Source: a virus
Taxonomy: Duplodnaviria; Caudoviricetes
DNA: 62,460 bases
Direction: 5' to 3' (one strand)
Virus record (IMG/VR): IMGVR_UViG_3300027852_000006
Location: 1 to 62,460 of that record
Shown here: positions 56,955 to 62,460 of the stretch, piece after piece
Position numbering within the stretch: the first letter of the stretch is position 1
How the letters are laid out: each line of letters starts with the position of its first letter
Notes under the pieces: model-generated
The model's database searches: none
What the model saw: only the letters and a program-made list of their open reading frames with translations
What the model was told of the DNA's origin: nothing
Made by a program: the position numbers and the translations under genes

Positions 56955-57458
56955 CTATAACCCCGGCTCCGCGGCAGGGCTTGGCCTTGTTTTGCCTGCA
57001 ATAACCTTATCCTTACGCCTGCCGTCCAAATAGGAACTACCGCCGAATAGCGTTAATGCCAATAAAGACACCGCACCAACAGCGTTGACAGGATTGATGT
57101 TGCCGGTGACAATGCCAATGGCAAATTCGCCCAACGTGTTGATGACGTTCTCGCGTACTTCGTATTGCCTGGCTAACTCATCGAAAGCAAGGGCCGACTG
57201 GCTCGCGAACGCCTCGACCTGGGCGTTGTGTGCGACTATTGCGGCATCAAGTTCAGCTTGCTGTCTGGCAAGGACTGCCTGCTGATTAGCTACCTCCATC
57301 TGTAACGTCGCATCATCCACCTTGTTGCCAGATACCGGACTGACAACTGTTGGCTGGCAACCTACCAGCCATACCGCCACAACAGCCGCCAACACAATGC
57401 CGAGCGTTTTGTACCTGTTGTGGTCCACAGCTTTGAGTAATTTGTTAAACACATCCAT
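56955..57458 (-). CDS. Lipoprotein with coiled coil and C-terminal hydrophobic segment
   Basis: Signal peptide with LVGC lipobox; AVGAVSLLALTLFGG. Confidence 0.65.
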   Translation of the reverse strand: MDVFNKLLKAVDHNRYKTLGIVLAAVVAVWLVGCQPTVVSPVSGNKVDDATLQMEVANQQAVLARQQAELDAAIVAHNAQVEAFASQSALAFDELARQYEVRENVINTLGEFAIGIVTGNINPVNAVGAVSLLALTLFGGSSYLDGRRKDKVIAGKTRPSPAAEPGL

Positions 57459-57487
57459 AACACACCTTCTTTCCGCTGGTTTTCCAG

Positions 57488-59257
57488 CTAAGTTAAAACG
57501 ACAGGCAATGGTTTTACGGATACCTTCTCCGCCGGAGCGATTACAACATCTCCCTGTTGATACCAGTTGGCCCCATTGCTGCTAATTGGATATTCCTTAA
57601 ACCAATCTGGTTTACGGAAATGCAATGCCTTTTCCACAGTATCACAATCGTCAAGCACACCCTCGATATGAATGATTTCATTTTCCGGCGTTGACAGTGA
57701 CGGGTTAATCATCTTTAACATGGTCCATGCGGTTTCACCACCAACATCAAGCTGTATTACTTCGTATTTGTGCCGAAAAACATCATCACCATTACTTATT
57801 AAGATATTTTGTTTATCCAACGTTTTCCCGCCCAGTTTGTAATATAACCGTTCGTAGCCGACTTTGCGGATAAACTCTCGGCGCACTTCATCGTTAGCTA
57901 TCTCTTTAATCATAGAGACATCAATTTGATCGCCAGGTGTTTCCGCGAGCCATTGGGGAACACGAACGCCATTCAATGACCACACTTTCACATACCCACC
58001 TGCGTATTCAATCGACGGTGAGCCGTCGGAATGTAGTTTGCCATCCACAAATTTAATGTGTGTCGGCTTTTGCGAAACAACACAGAAATCATCAAGCGGA
58101 TAAACCGGACCCAGATCACAACATTTTTTGAAATGGGAATAACCTTTTATGCCAGAGAAATCTATACCAACTACTTGCTCCATGTAGTCGAAAAAGGCAT
58201 ACCAGTTAGAAAAAAAGGAACCTTCAAAGTAAGGGAAGAAAAAATCTTTGAATTGATTCTTGACTTGCCCATTGGTTTGTTCCTTGATTTGACCTATAAC
58301 TTGATCCCAGACATGGCCCTCAACTTGACCCATGACTTGATTCCAGACATGGCCCTTGACTTGAGCCTTGACTTGATTCATGGCCTGAGTCTCGATCCGA
58401 GTCCTGACTTGAGTCAAGACTTGGTCTACGATCTGATTATAGACTTGAGCCCAGACTTGATCCACGGCCGTAGCCGCGACCTGAGGCCCAACTTGCTCTC
58501 TGGTCTGTTCCTTGACTTGAACTATGGCTTGATCCAAGAATTGGTCCCTGACATAATTCCTAAGCTGATCTCCGACCTGCTCTCTAACTTGAGCCTCGAT
58601 ATAAAACCAGACCTGAGCCCAGACTTGTTTATCAGCTTGATCTCCGACCTGATCCCAGACCTTATCCACGACTTGATTTTCAGCTTGAGCCTTAACTTGA
58701 TCGCCGACTTGGGCCCTGGCTTGATTCCAAATCTTAGGCCTGACCTTATCCACGACCTGGGCATGGACATGATCCCTGACTTGGGCCTCAACCTTCTCCC
58801 AGACATGATTGCAGACCCGAGCCTCAAACTGACTCTGGGAAAGGACCTTGGCCTGAAAATTAATCTGATCCCTGATATGATCCTCGGCCTGAGCCTTAAC
58901 TTGATCGCCGACTTGAGCTACAACCTGATTCTCGGCCCGTTCCCAGACCTGAGCCTTAACCTGATCCCAGACATGATCCATGACCTGTTCCTTGAAATAT
59001 CCTATGGACAGATCGTTTTTACCGGCCTGGCAATTAACCTGAGCACAAAGCATCACCGCCAAATACGCTTGCAACGGATCGTCCATCAGTAAAATTATCT
59101 GTGGAGGTTTCTTTTTCAGAACGTATTCATAGAAACCGTTAATCTTCGGTCTGACCTCCGATAGCTTAAGTCTATCTGTGGATAATCCGTTCTTTACCCA
59201 TTTGTCTGCATATATTGGCATTTGATCTTCTTGTTGTTTTGTAAGTTCGGTAATCAT
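57488..59257 (-). CDS. DUF6745-like protein with long QV repeat
   Basis: QVxxQVxx repeats; GKLHSDGSPSIEY, NGVRVP, N.EVRR. Confidence 0.8.
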   Translation of the reverse strand: MITELTKQQEDQMPIYADKWVKNGLSTDRLKLSEVRPKINGFYEYVLKKKPPQIILLMDDPLQAYLAVMLCAQVNCQAGKNDLSIGYFKEQVMDHVWDQVKAQVWERAENQVVAQVGDQVKAQAEDHIRDQINFQAKVLSQSQFEARVCNHVWEKVEAQVRDHVHAQVVDKVRPKIWNQARAQVGDQVKAQAENQVVDKVWDQVGDQADKQVWAQVWFYIEAQVREQVGDQLRNYVRDQFLDQAIVQVKEQTREQVGPQVAATAVDQVWAQVYNQIVDQVLTQVRTRIETQAMNQVKAQVKGHVWNQVMGQVEGHVWDQVIGQIKEQTNGQVKNQFKDFFFPYFEGSFFSNWYAFFDYMEQVVGIDFSGIKGYSHFKKCCDLGPVYPLDDFCVVSQKPTHIKFVDGKLHSDGSPSIEYAGGYVKVWSLNGVRVPQWLAETPGDQIDVSMIKEIANDEVRREFIRKVGYERLYYKLGGKTLDKQNILISNGDDVFRHKYEVIQLDVGGETAWTMLKMINPSLSTPENEIIHIEGVLDDCDTVEKALHFRKPDWFKEYPISSNGANWYQQGDVVIAPAEKVSVKPLPVVLT

Positions 59258-59505
59258 TAGTCCACAGCTCTCCTAACTGCTTCTGAAGCTGAATCATATA
59301 CCAATACCTGGTCGCTTCTGTACTTGCCTGGTGGTAACTGGATTGTGCCATGCTCTTGATGCTCGACTTCCGTCGCCTCCTCGGTAATGACTTTTAGCGA
59401 GTCATCACCAAAAGCATCCTCGAACACCTCGGCATTGGGGCCCACCTTATGATAGTGCCCAGTTGCTTCGCCTTCTGCCAAATGATTGTTCTTTCGCTTT
59501 TTCAT
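59257..59505 (-). CDS. Small His-rich partner of the DUF6745-like protein
   Basis: LAEGEATGHYH, HQEHGTIQLPPGKY, RRAVD. Confidence 0.75.
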   Translation of the reverse strand: MKKRKNNHLAEGEATGHYHKVGPNAEVFEDAFGDDSLKVITEEATEVEHQEHGTIQLPPGKYRSDQVLVYDSASEAVRRAVD

Positions 59506-59539
59506 AACACACCTACTTTCTGCCCTATTGGGCAATTGG

Positions 59540-59995
59540 TTATCCCTCCATGCTTATGCCAGTACTCAAAATCCACAGAGCATCAGCGACATTATCGTCG
59601 TCGCCGTCGTATCCAAATGTTTCCCTCGCGGCATTGATCATAGCTTGTTTGCCAGCGTTGCCCTTGCCTGTAGCATGTTTCTTGATTGTGCCGACGTGAA
59701 TCCCGCAATATGGAATCTTGTGTTTCTCACACCACAGTTGCAAAGTCGCAAGAAAACCACCGTAGACATGAGCCGCAGCAGTGCCTTTGTGTCTGGCGAC
59801 CAACTCATAATACACCACGTCAGGGCAAGGTTTGAAATTCTCCAAGTATAGATTGAATTTGAGATATCGCATACCGCCACCCTCGTGCCTGCTGTTTGTA
59901 AAGTCCAAACAGTCAAAACGGAAACTTTTGAGTTCACGGTCCTTATCATACGCGACGCCGCAATGTGTACCTAGATCAAACGCAAGTCTAAACAT
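59540..59995 (-). CDS. RuvC-like Holliday junction resolvase
   Basis: AFDLGT, YE.V, IKKHATGKGNA.K, DDNVADA. Confidence 0.85.
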   Translation of the reverse strand: MFRLAFDLGTHCGVAYDKDRELKSFRFDCLDFTNSRHEGGGMRYLKFNLYLENFKPCPDVVYYELVARHKGTAAAHVYGGFLATLQLWCEKHKIPYCGIHVGTIKKHATGKGNAGKQAMINAARETFGYDGDDDNVADALWILSTGISMEG

Positions 59996-60230
59996 TTTTT
60001 TGCCCTTTCGCCTTATTTTGTTTGCTGTTAAGTCCTATATCGCACTGATGTCTACCGATCTTCTTGAAGGCACAATCTTCACAATAAAACTTTTCGTAGC
60101 TTGTAAAAAGTGTAAGTATCATTGTCATTGATTCTTTATCACATTGTTTCAAACAGCCGTCACACTTCATGTTTTTTAAGTTCTGACTCCCGGCGGTCGG
60201 TTTAATTGTCCAGCTTCCGATAACGACCAC
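59988..60230 (-). CDS. Small zinc-finger protein
   Basis: CDGC...CEDC. Confidence 0.5.
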   Translation of the reverse strand: MVVIGSWTIKPTAGSQNLKNMKCDGCLKQCDKESMTMILTLFTSYEKFYCEDCAFKKIGRHQCDIGLNSKQNKAKGQKNV

Positions 60231-60247
60231 CGGGAGTATTTGTTTTA

Positions 60248-60478
60248 TTATGTGGCATCGTCAGAATCAAACAGCGGGAACAATTGGCCACGTTTATAAG
60301 CCAACGAGCCCAAACGTATCATAGTTTCGCTAAGCATTTTCCGGGCTGTCTTGCATTCTAAGTGCTTTCGTTCCATGATTGAATGTAAATATTGGGCGCG
60401 CCGTTCCAGTCTAGCTATGTCAGAATCAAGCTCCTTTGCCTTGCTCTCAACATCCATTTCTTTTTCTTTTTTTCCCAT
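60248..60478 (-). CDS. Coiled-coil hypothetical protein
   Basis: ORF with aggag RBS. Confidence 0.55.
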   Translation of the reverse strand: MGKKEKEMDVESKAKELDSDIARLERRAQYLHSIMERKHLECKTARKMLSETMIRLGSLAYKRGQLFPLFDSDDAT

Positions 60479-60639
60479 TTCTTATTACTCCTGTTTTTTG
60501 GTCGGCCCATTATTTGAGCAAAAACGGATAGGCATGCCTGTCTTTGCTCCTGGAACCACCAAATTTCGCCCGTTTTCTATCCATAGCTTGACGATAATTC
60601 AAAAAACGACTCCCAATGCGTCTTTTTAGATAAAGTCTC

Positions 60640-61716
60640 TTACGGTGAAAGCCAGGCACCTTGTAGGGAAAATCCGCTTTTTTCGCTTTTTTTAGGATTA
60701 TCCAATTCTTCCAAAGCCTGGTCCGCCCAATCTTCACCGGCGAACAATCTCAAATCTTTGGCTGACACTGGCTTGCCTGATTCTACCTTAGCCCGCAGAT
60801 ATGGACGGTTGCGTTCCCTTGCTTCACGCTTGGTCTGCTCTACGCCGTCGAATACATCACCCATGGACGGCGATTGCGAAGCGCATTCGTCAAGCCACCT
60901 CTCTTGATTAAGCCACGTCGATGGATTCGGAATAAACTGCCCATGTTCACTCTGCCATTGCTGTGACCCACATTGTTTTTTCACCGCGGCGATTATGTCC
61001 TCAGTCAATTCTGGCGATGGCTTAATCTTGAGCCATTTACTCCGGGCGGCCCCCTTGCCAATCTTGCGGGGGTATGACTCCCAGAATTTATCGAACTGAG
61101 CGAGCAGGGCTTTCTTCGCAATGGCAGATTTTTTTTTCTTCACTGAAGAACTCTCGTTGGTGACCGTTTCGGTCGCCGACCCCTGTGGGCTGGGCTGTTC
61201 AGTGTGTGACGTATCCGTTACGCGTTCGGGGTATGTAGTTGTAGTTGTAGTTGTAGTTGAATATAGCGGCCCGCGTCCGTTACGCGCCCGTTCCGGGTCC
61301 TGTAACGTATCCGTTACGCGTCCGTTACGTGCGGAATCATCAAAAACAGCCTTTTCGTGTGCGTAAGGCGGGAATCTGATGTCTTGCTTGATGTCTTTCC
61401 GTAGGTGTTTCTTGCACTTTTTTATGTGGATATATATTTCGTTTTCGTGGCGAAATTTTACGATCAGTCCAATTTCGACCAACTCTTTGACCCATTTTTT
61501 GATTTTTCGCTCAGAAACTTGTCCGTTTTTTTTGCGTTCTGCGAAAAGTTTGCATAAAATTAGTGAAGAGTCTCCATCAAAATTGGCTCCATCATCGCTC
61601 CTGGCAATGAGTCTGGTGAACAAAGTTTCGGCCTCGAAACTGACAGCATTTACCTTTTTGCTATCGGGATACGAACACCGTAAAGGTGTCCATGGATCGC
61701 GTATAGGCTCTGCCAT
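60640..61716 (-). CDS. Replication initiator (lambda O-like) containing the origin iterons
   Basis: N-terminal wHTH; repeat linker; FWESYPRK.GK..A, FIPNPSTWLNQERW.DE; downstream of dnaB. Confidence 0.85.
   Translation of the reverse strand: MAEPIRDPWTPLRCSYPDSKKVNAVSFEAETLFTRLIARSDDGANFDGDSSLILCKLFAERKKNGQVSERKIKKWVKELVEIGLIVKFRHENEIYIHIKKCKKHLRKDIKQDIRFPPYAHEKAVFDDSARNGRVTDTLQDPERARNGRGPLYSTTTTTTTTYPERVTDTSHTEQPSPQGSATETVTNESSSVKKKKSAIAKKALLAQFDKFWESYPRKIGKGAARSKWLKIKPSPELTEDIIAAVKKQCGSQQWQSEHGQFIPNPSTWLNQERWLDECASQSPSMGDVFDGVEQTKREARERNRPYLRAKVESGKPVSAKDLRLFAGEDWADQALEELDNPKKSEKSGFSLQGAWLSP
61209..61330. repeat. Origin iterons TCCGTTACG x4 plus (GTAGTT)n tract
   Basis: Copies at 61214, 61276, 61310 and 61321. 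Confidence 0.8.
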
Positions 61717-61720
61717 TACT

Positions 61721-62460
61721 TTACTCCTTACTTGTGAATCTCATCGAGTTGCCTTCCCAGTCGAGTCGGACTTCGCCGGTCGGCCCAGACCTCTGTTTGG
61801 CCAAAACAATAATTCCCTCACCGGTCTTTTTGGTCTCGTCACGGATGTAATAATCCGGTCTGTAGAGCAACATAACCGTGTCGGCATCCTGTTCGATATT
61901 GCCAGATTCGCGTAGATCGGATAGCCTGGGCCGGTGGTTTTCTCGCGTCTCGGCTTCACGATTCAACTGGCAGACGACCATCACTGGTATCTTTAATTCA
62001 CGTGCCAAGAGTTTTAATTGCCGCGAACATTCGCCGACCTTTTCATATCGCTTTTTATCCCCAGGCAGGTCCATGAGTTGCATATAATCAACCACTATGA
62101 GCTTTATGTCGTGTGTTCGCTTTAGTGCCCTTGCTTGGCTTCGCAGGGATGTAGGCGTGAGCTTCGGCGTATCGTTAATCAACAGCGGCATCTGTGATAT
62201 TTCGTGAGCCGTTTCGTCAAGCGTGCGAATACCGTCATCATTGAGATAGCCCTTTTGCATCTGGTGCATACCAAGATTGCTATGGCGGGCGATAGACCGT
62301 TCGCCTAGCTGCAATTTTGACATCTCCAGCGAAAAAACTACCACAGATATATTTTGACTTGCTACATTCTCGGCAATGTTGAAAGCTAGCACGGACTTGC
62401 CCATGCTAGGGCGACCAGCGACAACGATCATCTCGCCAGAATGCAAGCCGCCGGTTATCT
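61721..62460 (-). CDS. dnaB: DnaB helicase, C-terminal RecA-like part
   Basis: AGRPSMGKS, FSLEMS, VVDYMQL, QLNR, DLRESGNIEQDAD, KQRSGPTG. Confidence 0.97.
   Translation of the reverse strand, partial: ITGGLHSGEMIVVAGRPSMGKSVLAFNIAENVASQNISVVVFSLEMSKLQLGERSIARHSNLGMHQMQKGYLNDDGIRTLDETAHEISQMPLLINDTPKLTPTSLRSQARALKRTHDIKLIVVDYMQLMDLPGDKKRYEKVGECSRQLKLLARELKIPVMVVCQLNREAETRENHRPRLSDLRESGNIEQDADTVMLLYRPDYYIRDETKKTGEGIIVLAKQRSGPTGEVRLDWEGNSMRFTSKE

Noticed and set aside
58058-59092. 344-aa + strand ORF with LxPDL repeats
   Set aside because: Antisense shadow of the QV repeat of the DUF6745-like gene
62342-62460. 119-bp terminal repeat as a biological direct terminal repeat
   Set aside because: It falls in the middle of dnaB and has a k-mer-like length, so it is an assembly overlap of a circular contig

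Overview
The window is an apparently complete, circularly assembled ~62.3 kb tailed-phage genome: bases 1-119 repeat exactly at 62342-62460, and a DnaB helicase gene reads in frame across the junction. It has a podovirus-like layout. A + strand late module (18.9-51.1 kb) encodes TerS, TerL, portal, scaffold, a BPP-1-like major capsid and cement protein, adaptor, nozzle, fibre and ejection proteins, with no tape measure. A long - strand early/replication arm (51-62 kb, continuing through 1-14.7 kb) encodes a lambda-O-like initiator with iterons, DnaB, SSB, a Cas4-like nuclease, RuvC-like resolvase, C5 methyltransferase and several expanded paralog families. A control region lies at 14.7-18.9 kb. 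No integrase, repressor, DNA polymerase or endolysin was recognised. The host is tentatively Planctomycetota, from recalled protein similarity only. The main candidates for new biology are: (1) a 904-aa enzyme with polypeptide-GalNAc-transferase-like motifs, a second GT domain and a methyltransferase, encoded among virion genes that carry mucin-like Ser/Thr inserts, suggesting virion O-glycosylation; (2) a second, unrelated set of head genes (SU10/DUF5309-type capsid, prohead-protease-like, scaffold-like fragment) in the early arm, plus two micro-ORFs that copy the conserved motif of the phage's own cement protein, suggesting capsid decoys or interference; (3) back-to-back promoters driving two small structured RNAs next to a remote second copy of the replication iterons. 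All family assignments come from motif recognition by eye, not database searches.
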